64,000 bases of DNA from Deltaproteobacteria bacterium (lineage in GTDB: Bacteria > Myxococcota_A > UBA9160 > SZUA-336), in contig JAFDDB010000003.1 in the NCBI GenBank assembly GCA_019311115.1, forward strand, positions 11,852 through 75,851, in the 5' to 3' direction. Below, in pieces: positions 1-10,189 of the stretch. Below the pieces are notes generated by a model. The model was not told where the DNA came from. It did not search any database and saw only the letters and a program-made list of their open reading frames with translations. The position numbers and the translations under genes were made by a program. Positions within the stretch are counted from its first letter, which is position 1; each line of letters begins with the position of its first letter.

Positions 1-2405
<2,405 letters not shown>

Positions 2406-2774
2406 ACGGGCTCCCGGGTGGCGCTGCGCGAAGGCCGCGCGGCGTCGGCGGGGGCAAGGTAGCGGATGCGCCGTAGGGGCGCGGGCGCGGAGACGGGACT
2501 CTCGGGCTTTCAGGCTCGCGCCTGTGTCGCTGAAGAGAGAGAGAAGAGGAAGAGGACTGAAAGGGAGTGCCCCTGGTTCCCGTCTCCGCGTTGCGCCTGG
2601 CCCGGGTAGGAGCAGGATCCGTACCCGCCCCGCGAGCCGCGGGTCCGCGGTCGCCGGGACGGCACGCGGACGGGAGGATGCGGCGGCTCCTGCGCACTCG
2701 TGAAGCACCGGCGGGGGGAGCCGGAGTGGTCCGGAGGGAAGCGCGCTTCCCTCTCATGGGAAGCCCGCCTCCGC

Positions 2775-3377
2775 TCAGAGGCCCCGGGACTCGATCTCGG
2801 CGTCCAGATCGTCGGCCAGGTCGCTGCGCACGGGCTGCGGCCCCGGTTCGCCCCGCGGCTCGGAGGCGTCGGAGGGAACCGCCTGCGAGGAGCGGCTCGA
2901 GAGCGAGCGCAGCGCGGCGATCAGCGCCCCAGCCCCGGCCACCAGCAGCAGCACGGGCAGCGTCCAGCCCCAGGCGCTGCGCGGCACGCCCACGATGGCG
3001 TCGCCGAAGCGTTGCCCGAGCTGCTCGAGAATGACGTCCTGCGAGACGCCCGAGTCGAGCTGCACGCGGATCTCGTCGCGCAGCGCGGCGGCGTCGGGGC
3101 TCGGGCAGTCCGTAAGCGTCCGGCCGGGGCAGAACGGGCTCATGATGGTGCGGACGAAGGCGTGTGCCCGGCGCGCGTTCTCGACCCCGCCCTGGCCCTC
3201 GCCCTCGCCGGGCGAGTCCGCGGATGGGGCCGACGCGGTCGGCGCGGCCCGGGCCTCTCCCGGTGCTCCGGCCAGTCCCGTCAGTCCCACCAGTCCCACC
3301 AGTCCCACCAGTCCGATGGGCAGCGCGATGGGCAGCGCGGTGGCGACCACGACCAGCACGGTGCAGGGGAGGCGCAT
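2775..3377 (-). CDS. CcmH-family-like cytochrome c biogenesis protein (atypical Cys motif)
   Basis: Internal Met start MRLPCTVLVVV of track ORF 2775..3491. It has an N-terminal TM segment with a (GLV)n repeat, then FCPGRTLTDCPSP...RDEIRVQLDSGVSQDVILEQLGQRFGDAIVGVP followed by the TM WTLPVLLLVAG. This resembles the CcmH core LRCxxC...YGDFV...TM, but the cysteines are spaced CX7C instead of CXXC. Confidence 0.5.
   Translation of the reverse strand: MRLPCTVLVVVATALPIALPIGLVGLVGLVGLTGLAGAPGEARAAPTASAPSADSPGEGEGQGGVENARRAHAFVRTIMSPFCPGRTLTDCPSPDAAALRDEIRVQLDSGVSQDVILEQLGQRFGDAIVGVPRSAWGWTLPVLLLVAGAGALIAALRSLSSRSSQAVPSDASEPRGEPGPQPVRSDLADDLDAEIESRGL
3273..3341. repeat. in-frame tandem repeat (9-mer cagtcccac x ~5, then 12-mer gggcagcgcgat x2) inside CcmH-like CDS
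   Basis: Read directly: cagtcccgt cagtcccac cagtcccac cagtcccac cagtccgat gggcagcgcgat gggcagcgcggt. On the coding (minus) strand it encodes IALPIGLVGLVGLVGLTGL. Confidence 0.8.
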
Positions 3378-3427
3378 CCAGTCAGGGTAGCTCGCGCCCG
3401 GGGGGCGCGCCGGAGTACAGTCGCCGC

Positions 3428-4078
3428 TTGAAGACGCATCCCCACCTGCTGCTTCGCGATGCCCTGGCCGCTCTCTTCGTGCGGGCTGCACGCGGCGACG
3501 ACGAGGCTCTCGCGGCCGTCGGCGAGCTCGAGAGCTGGACCGGCAACGGCAGCGTGGGTGCGCAGCTCACGGCGCTCCGCGCCGAGGACGGCGCCGCGCT
3601 CTTCGACGCCGGCCGCCTGGCCGAGCGCTTCGAGCCGCTGGCCGGGTACGTGCGTGACCGCGCGCGGCGCTTCGCCGCTGCGTGTCAGTGGATCCAGGAG
3701 GAGCGTAGCTCCGACGACGCCCTCGAGTGCGCCCGCGCCGCCTGGGACGCCGGCCTCTTCTTCGAGGTGCATGAGCTGGTCGAGCCCGTCTGGCTCGACG
3801 ACCGGACCGACCGGCGACCGGCCCTGCAGGGAATCATCATGGCCGGCGCCGCCCTGCATCACCTGGTCGAGGGCAACCTGGCGGGGGCGGGCTCGCTGCT
3901 CGGCGACGCCGCCCGGCACCTGGAGTCGGCGCCGCGCGACGACCGCTTCGACCTGGAGGCCTTCGCCAAGGGCCTGGCCGAGATCGGCGAGCGCGTGAAG
4001 GCGCGAGAGATCAGCACCATCGAGGACCTGGGCACGCTTCCGAGGATCGAGCGCAGGACGGAACGCCACGGCGAGTGA
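3428..4078 (+). CDS. DUF309 domain protein
   Basis: The 3164..4078 frame contains ECARAAWDAGLFFEVHELVEPVWL...LQGIIMAGAALHHLVEGNLAGA, typical of DUF309. The N-terminal 90 codons of the track ORF overlap the upstream gene and are Arg/Pro junk. The start is taken at in-frame TTG 3428 (GTG 3479 is an alternative) and is uncertain. Confidence 0.55.
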   Translation: MKTHPHLLLRDALAALFVRAARGDDEALAAVGELESWTGNGSVGAQLTALRAEDGAALFDAGRLAERFEPLAGYVRDRARRFAAACQWIQEERSSDDALECARAAWDAGLFFEVHELVEPVWLDDRTDRRPALQGIIMAGAALHHLVEGNLAGAGSLLGDAARHLESAPRDDRFDLEAFAKGLAEIGERVKAREISTIEDLGTLPRIERRTERHGE

Positions 4079-4579
4079 CTAGCCCTGCCAGCTGTCTCCG
4101 CTGAGCACGAACTCGACGAAGAACTCGCCGAAGTGGTCTTCGAAGGGAACCGCCACTCCGAACGTGGCGCGCACCTTGATGTCGGTCTTGGGCGTGGTCA
4201 CGACCGTGGGCAGTCCGATCTCGACCGGCTGCTCGCAGGCCATCGCCGTCTTGACCTTCCCCGCGATCATGTTGACCAGCTCGCCGACGGCGTCGCGGAT
4301 CTCGTCGAGCGACTCCACGTCGTGTCCGTCGGCACCCAGCAGGCGCGCGGTCAGGTCGCGCGCGTGCTCGCGTGTACACTGAAGCGAGAGGTAGCCGTTG
4401 ACCGCGCCGCTGAGCCCGATCAGGCTCACGACCTCAGCCGGCAGGAACGGCTCGGGATCATCGACGGGATCACCCGGCCGAAGCTCGCTGCCGAGCATGG
4501 TGCCGAACACCGCCGTGACTGCGTTCCGGACCAGCTCCGCCGCCTGTGTCGCTTCCACCCGCGTCTCCTCCGACTCCAC
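4079..4579 (-). CDS. CheX-like chemotaxis phosphatase family protein (orphan)
   Basis: ELVRNAVTAVFGTMLG...DAVGELVNMIAGKVKTAMA matches the CheX signatures (VF.TM.G and EL.NMI.G). The start is placed at in-frame GTG (V56 of the track ORF) to avoid overlapping the mutase start. The start is uncertain. Confidence 0.6.
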   Translation of the reverse strand: MESEETRVEATQAAELVRNAVTAVFGTMLGSELRPGDPVDDPEPFLPAEVVSLIGLSGAVNGYLSLQCTREHARDLTARLLGADGHDVESLDEIRDAVGELVNMIAGKVKTAMACEQPVEIGLPTVVTTPKTDIKVRATFGVAVPFEDHFGEFFVEFVLSGDSWQG

Positions 4580-4721
4580 GCCCCGTCCCTGCTCCCTTCG
4601 TCCGGGGCCGAAACGAGCTGAAACCCTGCGCGGCGCACCTGCCGCCTGGTGTCGCCGCACGTCGCGGTCGTCGCCGGGGCCCGGTGATCGGCCGCGCCGT
4701 CTGGGGTAATCTGACTGCGTC

Positions 4722-6665
4722 ATGCCCGACCGCCCCTGGATCATCCGGACCTACGCGGGCCACTCCACGGCCGAAGCGTCGAACCGGCTCTACCGCGAGA
4801 ACCTCGCGAAGGGCCAGACGGGCCTCTCGATCGCCTTCGACCTGCCCACGCAAACCGGCTACGACGCGGACGATCCGCTCGCCCTCGGCGAGGTCGGCAA
4901 GGTGGGCGTTCCCATCGGCTCGATCACCGACATGGACGCGCTGCTCGAGGCCATCCCGCTCGACCAGATGAACACGTCGATGACGATCAACGCCACGGCG
5001 TGTTGGATGCTGGCGCTCTACATCGCGGTCGCCGAGCGCCGCGGCGTGTCGCGCGCGAGCCTGAAGGGCACGACGCAGAACGACATCATCAAGGAGTACC
5101 TGTCTCGCGGCACCTACATCTTTCCGCCTGCGGGATCGCTCAAGCTCGTGACCGACATGATCGAGTTCACGGTCGACGAGGTGCCGAACTGGAACCCGGT
5201 GAACATCTCGTCATACCACCTGCAGGAGGTGGGAGCGACGCCGGTGCAGGAGATCGCCTTCGCGCTGGCGAACGCGATCGCGATCCTCGACGGCGTGAAC
5301 GTTCCGGAAGAGCGGTTCCCTGCCGTGTTCGGGCGCATCTCCTTCTTCTGCAACGCGGGCATCCGCTTCGTCGAAGAACTCTGCAAGCTGCGCGCGTTCA
5401 CGGGTCTGTGGGACCGCCTCGGGCGTGAGCGCTACGGCGTCGACGATCCCAAGATGCGCCGCTTCCGCTACGGCGTGCAGGTGAACTCGCTGGGCCTGAC
5501 CGAGGCGCAGCCCGAGAACAACATCGCGCGCATCATCATCGAAGCCCTCGGCGTGACGCTCTCCAAGGACGCCCGCTGCCGCTCGCTGCAGCTTCCCGCC
5601 TGGAACGAGGCGATGGGCCTGCCGCGGCCGTGGGACCAGCAACTGTCGCTCCGCATGCAGCAGATCCTGGCCTACGAGACCGACCTGCTGGAGTACGCCG
5701 ACATCTTCGACGGATCGCCCGTCATCGAACGCAAGGTCGCCGAGATCTCCGACGCGGCCTGGCAGGAAGTCGAGCGCATCCTCGAACAGGGCGGCGCCGT
5801 GGAGGCGGTCGAGTCGGGCTACATGAAGCGGCGGCTCGTCGAGTCGAACGCGCGCCGCATCGCGGCCATCGAGTCCGGCGAGCAGATCGTGGTCGGCGTG
5901 AACCGCTTCCAGGAGACCGAGGAGTCGCCTCTCACCGAGGGCGGCGGCTCGCGCGTGCTGACCGTCGACGACTCCGCCGAGCGCACCCAACTCGAACGCC
6001 TGCGCGCGCACCGCGCGTCGCGCAACGCTGCAGAGGTCGACGCGGCGCTGCACGGACTGCGCGACGCCCTCTCGAACGGAGCGAACGCCATGCCGCCCTC
6101 GATCCGCTGCGCCGAGGCGGGCGTCACGACGGGCGAGTGGGCCGCGACCGCGCGCGAGGTGCTCGGCGAGTACCGCGCGCCGACGGGAATCGAAGCCCCG
6201 CTGCGGCTGGCGGGACATGACTCCGACTTCGAGTCCGTGCGGCGGCGCATCGCCGAGGTGTCCGACCGACTCGGGCGCAGGCTGAAGCTGCTCGTCGGAA
6301 AGCCCGGCCTCGACGGACACTCGAGCGGAGCGGAACAGATCGCGATCTTCGCGCGCGACGCAGGCTTCGAGGTGGTCTACGAGGGGATCCGCCTGACGCC
6401 TGACGAGATCGTGTTGTCGGCGCAGCAGGAAGGCGTGCACCTGATCGGGCTCTCCATCCTGTCGGGCTCGCACCTGACCCTGGTGCCGCAGATCCTCGAA
6501 CGCGTGAACGTGCCCGTCGTGGTGGGCGGCATCATTCCCGAAGAGGACGCCGCCGACCTGCGCGCCAAGGGCGTGGCGGCCGTCTACACGCCCAGGGACT
6601 ACGACGTGCAGCGCATCGTGCGCGAGATGGTCGAGGTGGCGGCGCGGGCCCACGGCGTTGGCTGA
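4722..6665 (+). CDS. methylmalonyl-CoA mutase family protein, single chain with C-terminal B12-binding domain
   Basis: N-terminal IRTYAGHSTAEASNRLYRENLAKGQTGLSIAFDLPTQTGYDADDP and GTTQNDIIKEYLSRGTYIFPP. The MCM-type Tyr and Arg are both present by eye alignment. The C-terminal B12 domain reads LLVGKPGLDGHSSGAEQIA...GVHLIGLSILSGSHLTL. It is followed by MeaB. Confidence 0.85.
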   Translation: MPDRPWIIRTYAGHSTAEASNRLYRENLAKGQTGLSIAFDLPTQTGYDADDPLALGEVGKVGVPIGSITDMDALLEAIPLDQMNTSMTINATACWMLALYIAVAERRGVSRASLKGTTQNDIIKEYLSRGTYIFPPAGSLKLVTDMIEFTVDEVPNWNPVNISSYHLQEVGATPVQEIAFALANAIAILDGVNVPEERFPAVFGRISFFCNAGIRFVEELCKLRAFTGLWDRLGRERYGVDDPKMRRFRYGVQVNSLGLTEAQPENNIARIIIEALGVTLSKDARCRSLQLPAWNEAMGLPRPWDQQLSLRMQQILAYETDLLEYADIFDGSPVIERKVAEISDAAWQEVERILEQGGAVEAVESGYMKRRLVESNARRIAAIESGEQIVVGVNRFQETEESPLTEGGGSRVLTVDDSAERTQLERLRAHRASRNAAEVDAALHGLRDALSNGANAMPPSIRCAEAGVTTGEWAATAREVLGEYRAPTGIEAPLRLAGHDSDFESVRRRIAEVSDRLGRRLKLLVGKPGLDGHSSGAEQIAIFARDAGFEVVYEGIRLTPDEIVLSAQQEGVHLIGLSILSGSHLTLVPQILERVNVPVVVGGIIPEEDAADLRAKGVAAVYTPRDYDVQRIVREMVEVAARAHGVG

Positions 6666-7629
6666 GCCGCCGGTCGAGCGGCTCGTCTCGGGTGTGCTCG
6701 AAGCCGACGGCGAGGCCATTGCCGAGGCCCTGGCCACCGTCGAGGACACGCGCGGCGACACGTTGCCCCGGCAGCGCGAGCTGCTCGGGCGCCTCGAGGC
6801 CGAGACCCCGCGCGAGCACAGCATCGTCGGACTGACCGGTCCGCCCGGTGCGGGAAAGTCGACGCTCGCGGGCGCGCTGATCCGGCTCTGGCTCGAACGA
6901 GGCGCGGGGGTCGGCATGGTGGCCGTGGACCCGAGCAGCCGCCACTCCGGCGGTGCGCTGCTCGGCGACCGGGCGCGACTGCGCTTCGCCGCCGAGGACC
7001 GCGTCTTCGTGCGCTCGATGGCGGCGCGCGACCAGCTCGGAGGCCTGGCGCCCGCCACGCGCGGCGCCGCCGCCGTCCTGCGTGCGGCATACCCGTGGAC
7101 GATCGTCGAGACGGTGGGTGTCGGGCAGTCCGAGGTCGACGTGGCCACGCTGGCCGACAGCGTGGTGCTCGTGCTGCAGCCGGGCTCGGGCGACACCTTG
7201 CAGTTCATGAAGGCGGGGATCCTCGAGATCCCCGACGTGCTCGTGGTGCACAAGTGGGACCTGGGCGCGGTCGCCGAGCGGACGCGCGCGGACCTGGAGT
7301 CGATGCTGGCGCTCCAGTCCGTGTCGGGGAAGCTCGACTGGTCACCACCGGTCGTCGGCGCCAGCGCCGAGACGGGACACGCCGTGGCTCAGGTCGCGGA
7401 CGCCGTCGAGGCCCACCGCCAGCACCTGGAGATCGGCGACGCGCTCGGCGAACGCCGGGCTCGTGGACGCGTGGCCTGGGCGATGGAGCGCTTCGAGCAG
7501 CGCTACGGAGCGCTCGGGCTCGAGCGCGTAGGCGGGCGCGAGGCGGCGGAGCGGAGCGTGCGCGAGGCGGCGGGCACGGCCCTGGACGCGTTCAGCTCTC
7601 TCGCCACTCGCGCAGGACTCGAGTCCTGA
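6658..7629 (+). CDS. meaB: methylmalonyl-CoA mutase-associated GTPase MeaB/ArgK
   Basis: GLTGPPGAGKSTLAGALI P-loop, ...VETVGVGQSE..., VVHKWD. The start overlaps the mutase stop by 8 nt. Confidence 0.9.
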   Translation: MAEPPVERLVSGVLEADGEAIAEALATVEDTRGDTLPRQRELLGRLEAETPREHSIVGLTGPPGAGKSTLAGALIRLWLERGAGVGMVAVDPSSRHSGGALLGDRARLRFAAEDRVFVRSMAARDQLGGLAPATRGAAAVLRAAYPWTIVETVGVGQSEVDVATLADSVVLVLQPGSGDTLQFMKAGILEIPDVLVVHKWDLGAVAERTRADLESMLALQSVSGKLDWSPPVVGASAETGHAVAQVADAVEAHRQHLEIGDALGERRARGRVAWAMERFEQRYGALGLERVGGREAAERSVREAAGTALDAFSSLATRAGLES

Positions 7630-8194
7630 CCTCGTCGAGGTCGAGCAGTCCCAGGATCGCGTCGTAGTCGGTCAGCGCGCGCCCCGGTACTCCGAGCTCC
7701 GCCAGGCGCTCGCTCGCGACGCGAAAGCCGTAGCTGACGATCGCCTGCACCCCGAGCACCTTGCCGCCCTCTTCGCGCAGCGCCGTCACCGAGTCTGCCG
7801 CACTCCCGCCCGTCGACAACAGGTCCTCGATCACGACCACGGACTCCCCCGAGAGCGGCGCGCCCTCGACACGCTTCTGCTTGCCGTGCTCCTTGGCCGT
7901 GCCGCGCACGTACACCATCGGCAGTCCCATGCGCTCCGCGACCCAGGCCGCGTGCGGGATGCCGGCCGTGGCCGTCCCGGCGATCACCTCGACGTCCGGG
8001 TGATGCGCGCGCACCTCGTCCACGAGCGCGTCCGCGATCGCCGAGCGCTCGGCCGGATAGCCCATCAGCACGCGGTTGTCGCAGTAGATCGGGGAGCGCC
8101 GGCCCGAAGTCCAGGTGAACCAGTCCTCCGGATCGGGGCGCACCTCGACCGCTCCGATGCCGATCAGCAGGCGCGCGATCTCGGCGGGCGTCAC
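7592..8194 (-). CDS. pyrE: orotate phosphoribosyltransferase
   Basis: VTPAEIARLL...SGRRSPIYCDNRVLMGYPAER...VIAGTATAGIPHAAWVA...VVVIEDLLSTGGSA. The upstream 88 codons of the track ORF are Arg-rich junk. The GTG start at 8192-8194 overlaps the TGA of the upstream PduO gene (GTGA). Confidence 0.85.
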   Translation of the reverse strand: MTPAEIARLLIGIGAVEVRPDPEDWFTWTSGRRSPIYCDNRVLMGYPAERSAIADALVDEVRAHHPDVEVIAGTATAGIPHAAWVAERMGLPMVYVRGTAKEHGKQKRVEGAPLSGESVVVIEDLLSTGGSAADSVTALREEGGKVLGVQAIVSYGFRVASERLAELGVPGRALTDYDAILGLLDLDEVRTRVLREWRES

Positions 8195-8754
8195 CGGTCG
8201 CCTCCGGACCACTCCGGCTCGTCGACCCCGGCCCGCGCGTTGACGGCGCGCGCCAGCGTGAAGAGCAGGTCGGAGAGCCGGTTCAGGTAGCGCACGGGCA
8301 GCTCCGCGACGCTCTCGACTCGTGCCAGCGAGACGACCTCGCGCTCGGCGCGGCGGCAGACGGTGCGCGCCAGGTGTAGCGTCGCGGCCGCGCGTGCCCC
8401 GCCCGGCAGGATGAAGCTCTGCAGGGGCTCGGTCTCTTCGTCGAGCCGGTCGATCCATCGCTCCAGCGACTCGACGTCGGCGTCGCCCACGCGCGGGATG
8501 CCCTTTCCCCGCGCCTCGCGTTCGTCGACGTCGGGCGTGGCCAGTTCGCCGCCCAGGTCGAACAGCGAAGACTGCACGCGGCGCAACCCCTCGAGCAGGT
8601 CGGCGTCCGCGAGGTCGGCGCAGACCACGCCGAGCACGGCGTTCAGCTCGTCGACCGCGCCGTAGGCCGCAACGCGCGTAGCGTCCTTGGCGACGCGATC
8701 TCCCCCGAACAGGGAGGTCTCGCCGCCGTCACCGCGCCGCGTGTAGACCTTCAT
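8191..8754 (-). CDS. ATP:cob(I)alamin adenosyltransferase, PduO type
   Basis: MKVYTRRGDGGETSLFGGDRVAKDATRVAAYGAVDELNAVLG..., matching the canonical PduO/MMAB N-terminus. Only the C-terminal 187 aa of track ORF 8191..9972 are coding; the remainder is antisense junk. The ATG is at 8752-8754. Confidence 0.85.
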   Translation of the reverse strand: MKVYTRRGDGGETSLFGGDRVAKDATRVAAYGAVDELNAVLGVVCADLADADLLEGLRRVQSSLFDLGGELATPDVDEREARGKGIPRVGDADVESLERWIDRLDEETEPLQSFILPGGARAAATLHLARTVCRRAEREVVSLARVESVAELPVRYLNRLSDLLFTLARAVNARAGVDEPEWSGGDR

Positions 8755-8856
8755 GGGGCGCAGTATAAGTCGGGGACCCGGCCCGCGCCGCCGCGCTACC
8801 GCGCTCGCGAGAGGGGGGGTTGAGGAATCGCCGGGGATTTCCGATATCGACTGGCC

Positions 8857-9087
8857 ATGGACGCATCCCAGGCCACGCCCTCCGGAAGCTGTGCGCGCTG
8901 CCCTTGCGCGCTGTCGAGCGTCTCGTGCCAGAGCGACGGCGCCTGGTACTGCTGCGGAAGCTGCGCCGGCAGCGATCGCTGCCGCTGCGGCTGCCGGCCC
9001 GAGTACGCTCGCGAGCTCGACTCGGACGTCTACGTCCCGGCCCGCCGCATGTTCGGGTCGCGCGCGCCCACCGAACTGCAACGCTAA
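8857..9087 (+). CDS. small Cys-rich protein, SmtA/BmtA-type bacterial metallothionein-like
   Basis: 76-aa ORF: CARCPCALSSVSCQSDGAWYCCGSCAGSDRCRCGC. Pattern C-x2-C-x-C...G-x-(W/Y)-Y-C-x-x-x-C-A-x-G...C-x-C parallels the SmtA motif KCACEPCLC...NGLYYCSEACADGH...CNC. It sits in the 550-bp gap between divergent genes. Codon usage is plausible, but the ORF is short in a high-GC background. Confidence 0.45.
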   Translation: MDASQATPSGSCARCPCALSSVSCQSDGAWYCCGSCAGSDRCRCGCRPEYARELDSDVYVPARRMFGSRAPTELQR

Positions 9088-9090
9088 GCG

Positions 9091-9189
9091 CTCCTTGCGG
9101 GTTATCGGGCGGCCTTTTGGCCGGGTTATCGGGCGGCGAAGCCGCCCTGCCGGTCCTTGCGGGTTATCGGGCGGCGAAGCCGCCCTGCC
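9091..9189. repeat. three copies of 15-mer core gggttatcgggcggc forming GC hairpins (cggcc-TTTT-ggccg; 2x gggcggc-GAAG-gccgccc)
   Basis: Read directly, immediately 3' of the TAA of the metallothionein-like ORF. The second and third units (ccttgcgggttatcgggcggcgaagccgccctgcc) are near-identical. Confidence 0.7.
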
Positions 9190-9306
9190 CGGACGGCGCG
9201 CCCTTCGGGCTCGCCTTGGGCGACGGGAACGGCGGTTCTGCTCGTTTGACCCGGGTGCTGGGATGGGCTGGTAGACTGGGGGTCTGTCTCTCTTCTTGGA
9301 GGTGTC

Positions 9307-10176
9307 ATGGCGGGGCGGCTTTCTGGGCGCGTGGCGGTGATTACGGGCGGGGCGAGCGGGATGGGACGCGCGACGACGTTGCGGTTCCTCGACGAAGGAG
9401 CCTCGGTCGTCGTGGCGGACATGAACGAGGAGTCCGGCAAGCAGACGCTGGAGCTCGCGGCCAAGGCCGGTCACGGCGAGAAGGTCCGCTTCATCCGCAC
9501 CGACGTGGCCGACGAGCCCTCGGTCGAGGCGATGATCGACTGCGCCGTGTCGGAGTTTTCGCGCCTGGACTGCGTGTTCAACAACGCCGGCGTCGGCGGC
9601 GCCTTTGGACCGGTCACCGAGATCGAGGTGGAGGACTGGGACTACACCTTCTCGGTGCTGGTACGCGGCGTCTTCCTCGGCATCAAGCACGGCGCGCGCG
9701 CCATGGAGCCCGGCGGATCGATCATCAACACCGCTTCGGTCGCCGGACTCTCGGGCGGCGGCGGCCCGCTCTGCTACTCGGCGGCCAAGGCTGCGGTCGT
9801 CAACCTGGGCCTGGCCGCAGCGGTCGAACTGGCGCCGAAGCAGATCCGCGTCAACACGATCTGCCCGGGCGGCATCGTCACGCCGCTGGTCATGCGCGGC
9901 CAGGACGAAGAGCAGGTCGCGGAGCGCATGAAGAGCCTGCAGCCCTGGCCCGAGGCCGGCCGCGGCGAACACATCGCGGGCGCAGCCCTGTTCCTCGCGT
10001 CGGACGACGCGCGCTTCGTCACGGGCGAGACACTCGTCGTCGACGGTGGACTCACCGCGGCGGGGCCGAACCTGTTCAACCGCATGGGCGGCGACGGACC
10101 GCGCACCCCCTTCGCGGGCATGGTCGGCGTGAGCCGCGGCAACACGGGACAGCCTCCGGTCATCCGCGAGCGCTGA
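9307..10176 (+). CDS. SDR family oxidoreductase
   Basis: VAVITGGASGMGRA...NNAG...YSAAKAAV. GGAGG RBS 6 nt upstream of the ATG. Confidence 0.85.
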   Translation: MAGRLSGRVAVITGGASGMGRATTLRFLDEGASVVVADMNEESGKQTLELAAKAGHGEKVRFIRTDVADEPSVEAMIDCAVSEFSRLDCVFNNAGVGGAFGPVTEIEVEDWDYTFSVLVRGVFLGIKHGARAMEPGGSIINTASVAGLSGGGGPLCYSAAKAAVVNLGLAAAVELAPKQIRVNTICPGGIVTPLVMRGQDEEQVAERMKSLQPWPEAGRGEHIAGAALFLASDDARFVTGETLVVDGGLTAAGPNLFNRMGGDGPRTPFAGMVGVSRGNTGQPPVIRER

Positions 10177-10189
10177 GGGAGAACCGCAA

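Noticed and set aside
3459-3998. 179-aa plus ORF overlapping DUF309 gene in another frame
   Set aside because: Ser/Pro/Arg/Ala-rich low-complexity translation. The DUF309 frame has the conserved motif.
4722-6665. Mutase with non-MCM specificity residues (initially read as Tyr/Gln hybrid)
   Set aside because: On re-alignment, the Gln lies in the conserved TxQNDI segment shared by all mutases, and the MCM-type Arg (SRGTYIFPP) is present. The substrate-contact pair is the ordinary Tyr/Arg and is not evidence of novelty.
5211-7253. 680-aa minus-strand ORF, and ORFs 18326-20758 (+) and 26567-29785 (+)
   Set aside because: These are long antisense frames over the mutase/MeaB, the carboxylase and ActB respectively. 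Their composition is junk, and the sense genes have clear homology.
8191-9972. 593-aa minus-strand ORF
   Set aside because: Only the C-terminal 187 aa (from MKVYTRRGDGGETS) form a real PduO-type adenosyltransferase. The N-terminal 400 aa are Arg/Ala-rich junk spanning the intergenic repeat region and the opposite-strand SDR start.
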